From: Eledone cirrhosa
Taxonomy: Eukaryota
Direction of reading: 5' to 3'
DNA length: 64,000 bases
Assembly (NCBI GenBank): GCA_964016885.1
Contig: OZ024749.1
Span: 2,294,001 to 2,358,000, forward strand
The notes beneath the pieces are model-generated. The model saw only the letters and a program-made list of their open reading frames with translations, was not told the DNA's origin and ran no database searches. The position numbers were made by a program, and so were the translations under genes. Positions within the stretch are counted from its first letter, which is position 1. Every line of letters starts with the position of its first letter. Shown one piece after another: positions 14,164 through 28,117 of this stretch.

Positions 14164-14476
14164 TAATTATATATATATATATATATGGAGATTGAGAGAG
14201 AGAGAGAGAGAAAGACATGAAAATGAGTGATATGATAGACCCTTATATGGAATATACACTACGTACATACACCCCTATACATAAATACAAAGAGAACACA
14301 TCCACACATACGTATACGTCCGCTCAAGAAGCAAATATACACATATCACCCAAAATATGATTTCGTGTGTTCATATGGAAGAGTGACAATGTAACAATAT
14401 TTCTCGGTTCTTTTATATCAGGGACAAAACTGTGTGAATAGTATTTGTTGCAGGCAAGCTCACACACACACACACA

Positions 14477-14517
<41 letters not shown>

Positions 14518-14684
14518 ACACACACACACACACACATGCACTCACACACACAATAATTCTAACCCAAGGGTGCTTATCTCGCCTGCTACAATATATATAT
14601 TTACAATATTTATTTCCCCTTTTAACGCTTACCTTTCCAAAAGTCTCACTACCTACTCCCAGATAAATATTATTTCTTGTTTTA

Positions 14685-14855
14685 TCGGTAGAGGCTCGGA
14701 CGCCATGCTTTGACGCAAAGAGTTACGGCCCTTTCCATTCTGAGTTCAAATCCCGCCGAGGTTAACTTTGCCTTTCATCCTTATGGGGTCGATAACATAA
14801 AGCACCAGTAATACACTGTGTAATTGCTGGCCTTGTGCCAGAAGTAGAAACAATT
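14685..14855 (+). mobile_element. tRNA-derived SINE S1
   Basis: Collinear with other S1 copies, including the B-box gagttcaaatccc and the tail agtagaaacaat. Confidence 0.95.
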
Positions 14856-15199
14856 ATTTTCTTACCCTCATGTCTCTGACTTCCTTCTTACGTCTCTTGG
14901 TCTATATTCCGATGAAGAACCAGCGTACGGAACATTAACACACTTTTTCTAATATACCAAGCTTTAAACTAACACACAATCCTTGTACTGTATTGTTCAT
15001 ACATATATACAGCCATACACACATATACATACACACAGAGACACACACACAAATATATATATATATGATTCCAAATATAGATATGATTCCAATTCCTCAG
15101 AGAAATAACAACACAACCAGGAGCTGGACATATCGATGTATTGACGGAATAAAACACACTTCAACAACATGTGTACCTGTCTTTCCCACACCAATTCGG

Positions 15200-15254
15200 A
15201 CTACCTGAAGAGGTCACAGCCAGTGATGGCTGTCACCGAAATATATATAGCAGT
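15200..15254 (+). ncRNA. type-I hammerhead ribozyme (family E; element about 15083-15290)
   Basis: actac-CTGAAGA-ggtcacagcc agtga tggctgtcacc-GAA-atatatat-a-gcagt: core boxes, long stem II, palindromic stem III, stem I ACU(a/g)C/GCAGU. Confidence 0.85.
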
Positions 15255-15858
15255 ATATCTATAATTTGTAATAAACTCTGATTGGTATTTAATATGAGAA
15301 AAAGGTTGTAGACACTACCATTGTTTCTATCACCCTTTTTCTGGCCATAACACTTGGAGACTGGAGCCGATTGCTACCATTCTACTGTACAGCGATTTGA
15401 GACTGAATTTTTCTAATAACCTATTTTTCACGAACTTATTAATTTGTGTGCGAGATTTGTTGGCTGAGGGTTTATGACGGGAGCAGAACTATTTAATTTC
15501 TAATCTCCTGCCATTACGTAAATTTATAAATCGGCAGCCAATTAGGGGAGAGAATTGTGATTAGATCCCAGTTGCTAATCACTTTACTGTGTTGGTCGTC
15601 ACACACAGTTATAACCGTCATGGACTGGAGTCGAGTTCTGTTGATCGATTGGTTATTGATTAGGCGAAACCCGTTGATGAAGCGACATGCGCCGAGTATG
15701 CATTGTTGCATTATAAGAGTTCGGGAACAATTGAAGGTACCCGTTTACGTCTGTTGTATTGAAGCGAATAACTATGTGTATAGCTGGGAGTTTATTTAAC
15801 ATTACCTATTGAGTACGCTGAGATGCAACCGTGATACCCATGCTAGTTCCATCAACTT

Positions 15859-15943
<85 letters not shown>

Positions 15944-15983
15944 TATTAATAAATGGAAACTATATTTATAAAACCATATTTAT

Positions 15984-16038
15984 TCTATTATATCTATTTC
16001 AAGGGTTCCAAAACTTTGGTACGCCCTCATCAGATAAA
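15984..16038 (-). ncRNA. type-I hammerhead ribozyme (family D relative; element about 15943-16095)
   Basis: Minus strand: ttttat-CTGATGA-gggcgtaccaaa gt tttggaaccctt-GAAA-tagatata-atagaa. Confidence 0.8.
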
Positions 16039-16689
16039 ATACAAAATTTGTTTTATAAATATTGACATACTCAGGAATCAGACCTTAAAGGTAAAAGTTC
16101 CGTTTGGATAGTTTGGAAAACTTGTCGCGTGCTTCGAATCTGTTATAAATATAGTTGTTGAATTACCAACAAATTTAATACCCCTTTGGCTTATATATAT
16201 ATATATTTTTATTTGTTTGACCCGAATTACTTGATCGTTTTTTTTTTGGCTGTGCGGATGATTGTTTAACCATCGTCTCAGTGTGTTTGGCCTTTAACGT
16301 ATGTTGTAGCTCTGGTTCACTTGCCACACATCTCGGAGGTTGTTTTTCGTTATTTCATAAGCCGAAATACGATTCTCGATAATTTATATTTATATGTATA
16401 TTTATACAGAATCGTGTTCTGTTGGAAATTACTAGTTTGTAAACAACAACAACAACAACAACAGCAGCAGGGGCTATAAAAACATCACTTTGAAGAAGAA
16501 GAAGACGAAGAAGAAGAAGAAGAAGAGAGAGAGGTTGAGAAGAAGATATGTTAAATAAAAGAGCGGCGTAAATGTAATACGTGTGTTAAGCGAGTGGCTG
16601 TGGTAGAGAGTAAACCACTGGCAAGGTATCTCGTATTACCATTAAATGGTGAACACTTCCACATAAAACTCTCACAAATTACACTCACA

Positions 16690-17585
16690 TATACACACCC
16701 ATACAAACACATATACACCTACATACACACACATATACACGTTATACACCTACATGCACCTACATACACACACATATACACCTACATACACCTACATACA
16801 TACACACACACATATATGCACCTACATACACCTACGTGCACACATATATGCACCTACATACACCTACATACACACATATATACACCTACATACACCTACA
16901 TACACACAGATATACACGTACACAGATACACAGATACACACATGCACACACACACATACACGTGTTACCATAGGAACACACACACTGACACGGTTATAAT
17001 GGTAAACATAAAACCTGGCAAACACCTAATATACATATTTTGGTGTGTGTGTGTGGGGGTGTATGTGTCTATGTGTGTGTGTGCGTGTGTCTATGTGTGT
17101 ATGTGTTTATGTGTGTATGTGTGTGTGTGTCTATGTGTGTGTGTCTATGTGTGTGTGTGTCTATGTGTGTGTGTGTGTCTATGTGTGTGTGTGTCTATGT
17201 GTGTGTGTGTCTGTGTGTGTCTATGTGTCTGTGTGTGTGTCTATGCGTGTGTGTGTGTGTCTATGTGTGTGTGTGTGTCTCTCTCTCTCTATGTGTGTGT
17301 CTATGTATGTGTGTGTGTCTATGTGTGTGTGGGTGTCTATGTGAGTGTGTGTCTATGTGTGGGTGTGTCTCTATGTGGGTGTGACTCTATGTGTGTGTGT
17401 GTCTATGTGTGTGTGTGTCTATGTGTGTGTGTCTATGTGCCTATGTATGTGTCTATGTGTGTGTGTCTATGTGTGTGTGTGTCTATGTGTGTGTGTCTAT
17501 GTGCCTATGTATGTGTCTATGTGTGTGTACCTGTCCTTATTGTCTAGTTGGCGACTGCCAAGTCAAACAGATTACAGTTCAAATG

Positions 17586-17678
<93 letters not shown>

Positions 17679-17748
17679 CTTCCTATATATATATATATAT
17701 ATATATATAGGTATTATATATATAGATATATAATACCTATATATATAT

Positions 17749-17832
<84 letters not shown>

Positions 17833-17849
17833 CTTTTATATATATAATA

Positions 17850-17905
<56 letters not shown>

Positions 17906-18174
17906 TATTATATGTATGTGTACATGTCAACTCTTGTATATATATATATATATGTGTATATGTCTACTCTTACACACCTGTTGATAGGTATTATATATAT
18001 ATATATATATATAGGTGTGTAAGAGTAGACATATACACATACAGCGGCTGAAGCTACACACACACTGTCACACACAGACACACACACACAACCACACACA
18101 CATACACATAGCTACATATATACACACTCTAACACACATACACCGACAATTGCACCCCCCCCACACACACATAG

Positions 18175-18210
<36 letters not shown>
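16690..18210. repeat. compound simple repeats ((ACACCT)/(GTCTAT)-interrupted CA/GT, TA)
   Basis: Direct reading; the ORFs here are repeat translations. Confidence 0.9.
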
Positions 18211-18213
<3 letters not shown>

Positions 18214-18615
18214 AGTACGTCTGAGTAGAACTGGATCTACAATTGCTTCCTAATTAAAGTATTGTGGCACAGATAGATCGATAGATCGATACTATCATTA
18301 AGCTGAACACATAAACACATACATCCCACACCATCTCTCTATCTCACCACCATTCTACCTAACAAAGATATCTATATGTCTGTCTGTCTGTCGTCTGTCT
18401 GTGTGTCTGTATGTCTGTCTGCATGTATGTGTGTCTGTCTGTCTGTTTGTCGTCTGTCTATATGTCTGTCTGTTAGTCTGTCTGTCTGTCTGTCTGTCTG
18501 TTAGTCTGTCTGTCTGTCTGTCTATATGTCTGTCTGTTAGTCTGTCTGTCTGTCTATCTATATATATATATATCTATCTACCTATCTATTATCTACCTAT
18601 CTCTCAGTCTCTCTC

Positions 18616-18696
<81 letters not shown>

Positions 18697-19102
18697 ATCT
18701 ATCTATCTTCCTCTCTCACCAGCCATCTCTTGTTTCCTTAATTAACAGATGACAATGGCGGTGAGTGTGAAAGTGAGAGTTACTAGAGCAGACGACAGCC
18801 CAAAACACAGCAGACACAGATTTAACATACTTACAGAACAACAGACAACATAATACTAAAAATCAATAATAATCTTAATAATCATAAGAAACAAAAGTAA
18901 GAAACACATGCACACTCGCGCATGCGCATCCTACGAGGGAAAACAAAATGAAGAAAAAAACAACAACATAAACCAACAAAAGAAAACCAAAAGAAAGAAA
19001 AAATGAAAACACACAAATGACTAATTCAAAAAGAAAAAAATGAAATGTCGAAGAGCAAAACAGCGGGAATGACATGAATATGTGTGTGTGTGTATACATG
19101 TG

Positions 19103-19174
<72 letters not shown>

Positions 19175-19225
19175 TACACCCACACACCCACAAACACACA
19201 CACACACACACACACATACACACAG

Positions 19226-19262
<37 letters not shown>

Positions 19263-19717
19263 TATATGTAAATATATGTACAAAATAATCAGAAATACCA
19301 AAGTCTGATGAAGTACATCATTTTAACGATCCAGCCTTTTTGAAATGAAACTTTCAATTAAATCGTGCGAAACCACGTTGATTTGAGAAGTTAAGAACCT
19401 GAAAATGTGTGTGTGAACTTGTCTTCTATACCACCGTTCTTTGTTGCCTTCTTCCAGACACTTTTGTGCGCCTACGCTTTTCCTTGTTTTTTTGCTCACT
19501 GAATCTATTTTGAGTGTCATCTACCTATCGCCCACTTCACGCAATGACTCTCTAACGACCACTTGCAGCTGGTCTCTGTCCTGAGGTTATTTGGCCCATC
19601 ACTGTCTATGGCGGCATTTGGCTGTTTTAACACCTGTTCTAGGGTCGAGTTTTCTCATTTTTATATGAATTTTAATATAGTCTCGCCTCGTCTCCACAAC
19701 AGACATCAATGTTTATT

Positions 19718-19777
<60 letters not shown>

Positions 19778-19779
<2 letters not shown>

Positions 19780-19973
19780 CAAAGGAATTGTGGTAAGGAA
19801 CCAGATGGACCATAACGCACCAAAGTACTCAATACTAAGTGTAGTAGAGTGGGTAATAGGAAAAAAAAACGACCGCGACGGCAGAGTTCAAGCCGTTTCG
19901 ACGGCTATTTCTGGACTCTAGTCCAGAAACAGCCGTCGAAACGGCCTTGAGCTCTGCCGTCGGGGTCATTCTT

Positions 19974-19977
<4 letters not shown>
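19778..19977 (-). mobile_element. family B fold-back element in (TA)n
   Basis: Tail aacaaaggaattgtggtaaggaaccag..., then a palindrome with arms at about 19860-19916 and 19921-19977; homologous to 51830-51970. Confidence 0.9.
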
Positions 19978-20019
<42 letters not shown>

Positions 20020-20029
20020 ATATATAGGT

Positions 20030-20556
20030 GATTAATGGCTTCTTGACCGCCTTCTCAGTTTGTATAGCCTTTATAACCTATGTTTATTGCTCTGGTCTCT
20101 TTAGCTTGCCAGCATGACTCGGAATTTGCGTTACTTTTCGCTTTCTCTACCCTCCGAAATGCGATTCTCACTGAATTTATATTTGTATTAATCTCCCGAG
20201 TCTTACAATTAACCTGTTAGTAATTCTATTGACAGATTAATTGCATAAGTTTACTTTAAAAACTACTCGGATGAGTGCTTATTCGATTTGCGCTATTTAT
20301 GCAATTTTTTGCATGGATTTACACATACTGAATTAATTTGCCAAAATCTGGGTTTTTCCCCCTGTGAGTTACACATGTGCTTTTACAAAACGCTACGTCA
20401 CCCTCAATACTGGCGCAGAACGAAATACCTGTTGATAACATGATATTCCTCGTTCGATCATTATACCAAAAGCTTATTGTTTTAAGCAGACAGTATTATT
20501 GATTTAGCAGAAACCCTGTACTGGATTTTACCATCAACTCGAAGGGTCCAGGTTTG

Positions 20557-20639
<83 letters not shown>

Positions 20640-20848
20640 TATGCCATTTATTTTGTCTGACCTTTTTAGCTTGACTTGATTTTTGGCTTAGGTGGTCTAT
20701 AGCTTCTTGACCGCCTTCTCAGTTTGTATAGCCTTTATAACCTATGTTTATTGCTCTAGTCTTTTAGACTATTGAGCACTTGCCAGCATGACTCGGGAAT
20801 TGCGTTACGTTTCGCTTTTTCTACCTGCCGAAACGCGATTCTCGCTGA

Positions 20849-20850
<2 letters not shown>
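20030..20850 (+). mobile_element. direct repeats of about 145 bp (20030-20176 and 20690-20850) of a microsatellite-associated family; diverged relative at about 16215-16385
   Basis: cttcttgaccgccttctcagtttgtatagcctttataacctatgtttattgctct...ccgaaa.gcgattctc.ctgaat occurs twice. Confidence 0.7.
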
Positions 20851-20936
<86 letters not shown>

Positions 20937-20942
<6 letters not shown>

Positions 20943-21940
20943 TGAAACTGGATTTCGAGCAATACCATCACCTGAATCCCAAGACTGAGCAGCACGGACG
21001 TAGCTTATTAGTCCGGCTAGGGACTTGCACAGATGCTGCAACAATGGTGGCCTCTCACAGTAGGTGTTACGGTCCTGTTTTGGTGCACCTTCAAATGATG
21101 CTTCAGTCCACCAACTGAGACACACTTTTCCACATTCGCCACAAACAGGAATGACATACAATACACAGTGACAGTGTCCCCGTGTACATGGCTTCTTTGA
21201 TCACTTACAAGGCCTACCCTATTTAGACATAACCGGCCACATTCTTCAAGATACTTAGACAAACGGGTCTCAAGGCCTTTACGAGCACACCACTTGAGTT
21301 GTTCATGCTCAACACGGTTTCTTTCAAATCCTCCCCTCCCATCATGCAATGCCTTCCATCAGGAACGTCGATCTAGAGCGAAGTTATCCCAGTCATTATC
21401 CGATATTTTCATCTTCATTGTGCTTTAAATGCAATCTCTCTACCACAGTTTTGGTTTGTGGTTTACCTTTGACCAGCTCACCATACAGGAACTGCCCAGG
21501 GATGCAATCGTCATCCATTCTCATTACATGACCACTCCATCTTAATCAATGTTGACATATGAGATACTCTATACTGGAGACTGAGTTCGAGGACTCCAGT
21601 GTTACTGCCGTATATTCACCAGTGGATGTCCTGTATACACCAAATACGCTGTTGATGTGAGTGTTCCAACCATTTGAGATATCTTTAGTTACTGACCCAA
21701 CTCCCAGGTTCATACAACAAAGACGACAAAACACAAGCATTACACACTTTTAACTTTGTCTCGGTGGAAATACAATGCTGAGGCTAAAGACATCCATTAA
21801 GTTTTCCAAATGCAACACTTGCTTTCTTGATTTGAAGAGAGATTTCTTCAACCAGAGTATATGGTCATATTCACAGTGTTGCCTAGATATACAAACTCAT
21901 CCACGACTTTCAATTTCTGGTCATAGAAATATGTTTGGTG
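20937..21940 (-). mobile_element. decayed RTE-type LINE 3' end
   Basis: Minus-strand fragments read VVDEFVYLG, LRWSGHVMRMDDDCIPGQFLYGEL and two C2H2-like motifs (CGECGKVCLS..GLKHHLKVH; CKSLAGLISYVRA), with frameshifts. Confidence 0.85.
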
Positions 21941-22575
21941 TAGAGTAAAGGTTCTCAACGGGGGGCGTTATGCAGTAAGGGGGCGTTGAAACTTTGAGGG
22001 CGTTAGAAGCCCCTTTAGTTTGGTAAGTTTTATAAGTCATCATTGTACGTCTCTTAGACAGCCAGTGATTTGAATGAAGAAAACGAAGATAATAAATAAA
22101 AGAAGCTTGTCAACGAATTCCCTAGGGAGATAAAAGAAAATCAAAAGAAATCAAAGAGAATGAAAGTAAGGACTACTTCAACAGAAATGACAAGAAGAAG
22201 CAATGGTGGTGAACATACGCGCACATACATACATACACACACACATATTACACACACAGGGTGGCATTAGTTATTGATGATATTCGATAAATATTCCGTT
22301 GCGGCCGACGCGAAGGGCTAGTTTCGGTTATTTGTTGGAGATTTCTTCATAGAAGCCTCATTCTTATAGTCTGGTCTATTCGATTGTTTATATAGTTAAT
22401 TATGCTAATTGGGAGAGGAAATGGTATATATTTTATCTTGTGATTCTATAGACATGTTTTATGATATATAGCTCTGATTATTTAATTTATTAAATTTTCA
22501 TTGAGCCACAAAGTGACCCGTTGCAAAACACGTATATGTATATATATATATGTATATATATATATATGTAAACTT

Positions 22576-22653
<78 letters not shown>

Positions 22654-22655
<2 letters not shown>

Positions 22656-23073
22656 CCAAAGATTAATATGGTTCATTGATTACTCAATTAATATAGTTTT
22701 ACAATAGATTAAAAACATTCTACAGTGAAGTTTTCTGGAGATTTAATATTATTCAGAATATTAATAAATGAAGACATTCACATAATCAAAATATGTTTTA
22801 TTATATATATTTCGAAGGTACTGTGCTGTTTTTTCAGTTCGTCCTCGTCAGATAAAATACATGAATTGATGTATGGCATACCTCAATTCCAGTATTGGCA
22901 GATACTCTGCCAATACTGGAATTGAACCATCAAGACAGTTGAGGTATGTATTACATCAATTCATGTATTTTATCTGACGAGGACGTACTGTAAAAACACC
23001 ACAGTACCTTCAAAATATATATAATAAAACATATATTTTGATTATGTGAATGTCTTCATTTATTAATATTCTG

Positions 23074-23081
<8 letters not shown>
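22654..23081. mobile_element. fold-back element, hammerhead family D
   Basis: Inverted arms at about 22746-22885 and 22939-23081, a tail of about 90 nt on the left only, a central 20-bp palindrome (22883-22925), a hammerhead motif in each arm, (TA)n flanks. Confidence 0.9.
22796..22857 (-). ncRNA. type-I hammerhead ribozyme (family D)
   Basis: ttttat-CTGACGA-ggacgaactg...cagtaccttc-GAA-atatatat-a-ataaaa; the mirror copy at 22968-23029 has GAAA mutated to AAAA. Confidence 0.85.
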
Positions 23082-23127
<46 letters not shown>

Positions 23128-23129
<2 letters not shown>

Positions 23130-23287
23130 CGAAGGAAATGTGGTAAGGAACCAGATGGACCATAACGCACCAAAGTACTCAATACTTAGGGTAGTAGAGT
23201 GGGTAATAGGAACAAGTAGGACCCCGACGGCTGAGCTCAAGGCGTCGAAACGGCTTGAGCTCAGCCGTCGGGGTCCTACTTGTTCCT
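23128..23287 (-). mobile_element. family B fold-back element
   Basis: Same tail as 19778; palindrome ataggaacaagtaggaccccgacggctgagctcaag / cttgagctcagccgtcggggtcctacttgttcctat. Confidence 0.9.
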
Positions 23288-23594
23288 ATATATATATATA
23301 TATATATCCAAGTTATGTTTTACATGCGTGTCTATGTGTGTATGAATATGTGTGTGTAATATATATCTGTGTGTGTTCCGTTAATTTGTACTTTCTAATA
23401 TGTCTTCTAATTGTCTCTTGTAAAGAACATCGTGTTATATATGTAGGGTAGATATGTGGCTAGGTAGGATAGCAGATCGATCTACCCTCCCATGTATCGA
23501 TATATTATCGATCATAATTTAGTTTCGGACATGCACTGATAGGTAAAGTAAATTAAAATAAATAAATAAATCACAGATCCAGTAAAGCCATTTA

Positions 23595-23626
23595 TATCAA
23601 CACACACATATCAATATCTCTCACAC

Positions 23627-23657
<31 letters not shown>

Positions 23658-23830
23658 TACAATATCTCTCATACACACACACACACACACACACATGCGC
23701 ACACATATCAATATCTCTCATTCACACACACACTCACTCACACACACACACATATCAATATCTCTCATTCACACACACACACACACACACATATAAATAT
23801 CTCTCATTCACACACACACACACACACATA
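23595..23830. repeat. minisatellite built on (CA)n plus tatcaatatctctca
   Basis: The motif (c)aatatctctca recurs 5 times between CA runs. Confidence 0.8.
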
Positions 23831-23881
23831 TATACTTATATATACATATATATATATGTATGTATATGTATATATATATAA

Positions 23882-23988
<107 letters not shown>

Positions 23989-24039
23989 TATATATATATA
24001 TGTGTTTGTATATAATATATATATATATACATATCTTCA

Positions 24040-24742
24040 TATCCTCCTCAGCATCAGGATGTGACTGGTGGTTGATCTTCCCTCTCTGAAGCCGATCTAG
24101 TTGTCCCTCAGCTTCTTCTCCATCTCGGGCTGGATCCTGTTAAGAATCATCCTGTTGAGCATCTTTGCCACAAGTGACGTCAGTGAGGTCCCGCTGTAGT
24201 TGTTGGTGTTAGAGAGATCTCCCTTCTTTGGCACTGGGACGATGTTACTGATCCTCCACTGATTCGGGGCAACTCCCTGTGATCTCGTTGATGATCATCC
24301 AGTTCCCCTTACATCCAGATCTGTCAACTGCTCTCTCCACACTTCTGATCTTCTCTATCAGTGCCTCCTCTCTGGCCTCAGTGTAAGCGGTACAGAGTTC
24401 TTCCCTCATCACCTCCACAGTCTCCATCCTCTCCTCCGTAGGATCAGCATAGAATTGGTCCTTGGGAGCTTTCAGGTGTTCTCTGGAACAGAGGAGACTG
24501 AGGTTAGCTAGACATGCTCACCGACATCCAGAGTTGACATTGCACTCAGTGCTCCTGTGGGAGCCCCTATATAGACACACCGGAAGAGGAAGACCAAAGT
24601 TAACGTATGTTGATGCTCTAAGGACAGACACTGGTCTGTTGGAGACGAAGGACATGGCAACGATAATGAGGGACAGAGACCGCTGGAGAGAACTCGTCCA
24701 TGGATCTCGGGAATTTTACCAGCCCTAGATAGATAGATATAT
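24040..24742. mobile_element. rearranged RTE-type LINE: inverted internal RT fragment joined to a sense 3' end with a (TAGA)n tail
   Basis: Minus 24040-24460: [37 protein letters not shown]...GFREGRST. Plus 24461-24728: RRLRLARHAHRH..LLWEP..GRGRPKLTYVD..DRDRWRELV, then tagatagatag. Confidence 0.85.
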
Positions 24743-24755
24743 ACATATGTATATG

Positions 24756-24808
<53 letters not shown>

Positions 24809-24942
24809 TCATCATCATCATCATCATCATTTTACGTCCGCTTTTCCCTGCCTGCAATATATATATGCACAACATATGTGTATGTATTTATATATATATA
24901 TATATATATACATATGTATATGTATTTATATATATATACATG

Positions 24943-25069
<127 letters not shown>

Positions 25070-25167
25070 TACATATATATATAGTTAAGTCTTAGACAGG
25101 AACAAAAACAGAGAGGAAGTACAAATGTAAGTTTATTAGGTTCACGCTTGTGAGAGTGGTGGGGGGG

Positions 25168-25200
25168 GGACGTTTCGAGCATAAGCCCTTCATCAGAAGA
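25168..25200 (-). ncRNA. minimal hammerhead core in a PLE-like 3' end (about 25083-25420)
   Basis: CTGATGA-a gggc ttat gctc-GAA-acgt-c: canonical core, 4-bp stem II, palindromic ACGU, GUC site; stem I not evident. Confidence 0.8.
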
Positions 25201-25574
25201 AAATTGGGTAGGAAGAGAGTTCCGAGGGTGTGTGGGGGAGTGGGGGAAAGTTATTTAGAAAAAAGAGGGGGAGAGAAAAGGGAGGAAAAACGATTTTAGA
25301 GATACAAATGAAAATAAAAATAAACATAAATATAAGTGGCCGAAGGGTGTGAGGCGTGTAGGGGTGGTGGCAGTGGAGTTGGGAGAGGGGGGCGGCGGGG
25401 TCCAAGCGGGGAGGGCTGAAGGTGGTGTTTGTGTATGTGTATAGGTGTACGTGTGTATGTGAATGTGGGGGAAGAACGAGGTTCCATGTTCAGGAAAAAG
25501 GGGAACCGGTGTGTGCGTGCGTGTGGATGGATATATATATATGCATGAATACGTGCAGGCACAAACCGAGAGAA

Positions 25575-26005
25575 TTATTCTGGCAGAAGAAATATCCCAA
25601 AGATGTAAAATACAGCAGTAAATGCATTGTGATCAAAGAATATATATATACGGGAAATATATATATTTATTTATATATGTACATTCACACACACATATCT
25701 ATATATTTATACACACGCACACATGTACCTTTAGGTACCCGGAAATACGTTCATCCACGAAACTCGCGAGCCACGTATGGTCCATCAAGGACTCAAGTGT
25801 AGACTACTCCATTCAATGGGAAGCCATCACTAAGTACAAGCCGTACGCAAGGGGAAATCCGTGTGTGGACTATGTATTGATGAATGAATAGATATTCTAA
25901 AGAGATTACGCAATAGCGATTGCCTAAAATTTATAAAAGAATTCTTCACACGTTGTCCACACGTCTGGAAACACCCCTTACATAACTACAAAGATCCGGA
26001 TTGAA
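25575..26005 (+). pseudogene. Penelope-like element GIY-YIG endonuclease C-terminal region (decayed)
   Basis: TFRYPEIRSSTKLASHVWSIKDSSVDYSIQWEAI..KPY, then after a frameshift KSVCGLCIDE*IDIL..CLKFIKEFFTRCPH. This fits the PLE EN pattern F....ST.LS.H.W.LK....Y.I.W....Y....C.LC..E....LN...E....C.H as I recall it; upstream KYPKDVKYSSKCIV resembles the CP..G.C....IVY linker. Confidence 0.75.
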
Positions 26006-26168
26006 TTACAACAACATCCAAATATTCTTATCAACTAGAAACTTTCGGACTTTCGCAGTCATCTCCCTTACAACTCTCGCATGCAATTTAGTATTGCCTG
26101 AGTAAAGTGACCGTTTCTGCGCATGCACGTTCGTACGGTTGTCCTTCCTGTTCCATATAACCATGTCC

Positions 26169-26217
26169 ATTACGAACTGAGGATCCGCTAAGGTGAAACA
26201 ATTCTTCTCGGTATGGT
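26169..26217 (+). ncRNA. degenerate hammerhead in the 3'-UTR/pLTR of the PLE above (element ends at (TA)n about 26298)
   Basis: ccattacgaa-CTGAGGA-tcc gctaa ggt-GAAAC-aatt...tcggtatgg. Confidence 0.65.
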
Positions 26218-26373
26218 GAACTAACTGTTGTGTAACCACTTCTACCTAACTCGTCCCATGGACTGAGTGCTCTACCACTACGGATATTATCTTCCACTAT
26301 ATATATATATATATATTCATTTTGAACATAACGTCTTCCTGTTGATATTTTTAATAACAATATTATCAATAAT

Positions 26374-26760
26374 AATTGTCTCTACTTTTGGCCAAAGGCC
26401 AGCAATTAGCCAGTCTATTACTGGTACTTTATTTTATCGAACCCGTAACGATGAAAGGCAAAGTTAACTTCAGCGGGATTTGGACTCAGAATGGCAAGGG
26501 CCGTAACTCTATGCGTCAAAGTATGGCGTCCTTCCCTCTACTGACACTGCCAATCCATCATAATGACGGCAAATAATAATAACGTTTCTACGTTTGGCAC
26601 AATACCAGCAATTACCCCAGCCCATTACTGGTACTTTATTTTATCGACCCGTAAGGATGAAAAGCAAAGTTAACCTCGGCAGGATTTGAACTCAGATCAT
26701 AAAGGGCCGTAACTCTATGCGGCAAAGCATGGCGTCCGACCCTCTACCGATACTGCCAAT
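26374..26760 (-). mobile_element. two tandem S1 SINE copies (26374-26558 and 26583-26760)
   Basis: Both align to the S1 reverse complement. Confidence 0.9.
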
Positions 26761-26915
26761 TCAATAATGAATATAACATTAATAATAGTAAAATCTATAA
26801 TTATAATCGTAATAAAAACAATAAATAACATAAATATTAAGGTATTGAAATGAAGCCAAATGAAACAATAGAATAAGATGATGGGAGTACATGTAATATA
26901 GCGTAACACAGGCAT

Positions 26916-27005
<90 letters not shown>

Positions 27006-27217
27006 ATAATACATACTTATAAACATACATACACAGCACAAATACGAAAACGAACAAACAAAACAACGCTATGATCAGTGAAGTGAAACAGTATTTATGA
27101 AGTAAGAGTATAACTCTGCTCTGCCCAGCACTATTGAGTTCTATCTGCCTGTCTGTCTGTATGTCTCTATGTATGTCTGCCAGTCTACTGTCTGTCTGTA
27201 TGTATGTACACACATTA

Positions 27218-27255
<38 letters not shown>

Positions 27256-27369
27256 TATATATAACTTAGTACAAGCGCAATTACATACATTTACAAATAT
27301 TCTGCATATGCTCACACGTGTGTATGCAGATGAAATACACATACGCTCACACACACAGATATATGAAAT

Positions 27370-27455
<86 letters not shown>

Positions 27456-27829
27456 CGTGTGTGTGTGTGCACATACAATTCTTAACAGGTGAATAATATA
27501 GAAAAATATATACTGTAAGCTGAAACCTCTGAAATGATAAAAACCATTCTCACGTCTTTCCGATCTTCAAGCAACAGAAGTGAATCAAAAGAACTCGTAT
27601 TTGTGCGTGAATAATTGATAAGAAATATATATAAAAAATTAAATATCCAGTGTCTCCTTATGTGACAGTATTATACAAGATATTCTATAGTCCTCATGTG
27701 TTGGGGCGTTACTTATGCTAACGATAAATATTTGTTATAAACTTCGTATTTTTTAGAATTTTACAATACCTTTCAAATTATTTTATATAGTCGTTGACAT
27801 TGTTATCTCTTAAATAAAGACCTGTATCT

Positions 27830-28117
27830 TGTTATTCGTCCGGCTTTCTGAACGAATATCAATACTGAAAGAATCTGAATTTAAAACCGGTTTCAAACTT
27901 GGATAACCAGATAAAATTAACTTTGAAAAACACTATAGATTTCGGTAGATACAATTTTTTAACTGGGTATTTTAAAGAACTACAACAACTCCATGCACGC
28001 CAAGATCTGTAGACATCCGTTAAATATTCTTAATGTTTAATCAACCCGGAAACTGCCCGCCCCCCTACAAAAAACACGTTTTCAGATAAAGAATCTTGCT
28101 AAACAAATTCAGAAACG

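Noticed and set aside
25880-25895. In-frame TGA in the PLE endonuclease relic as selenocysteine (as reported for some Naiad PLEs)
   Set aside because: It falls at a non-Cys position after CxxC..E in a copy that is also frameshifted; ordinary decay is the simpler explanation.
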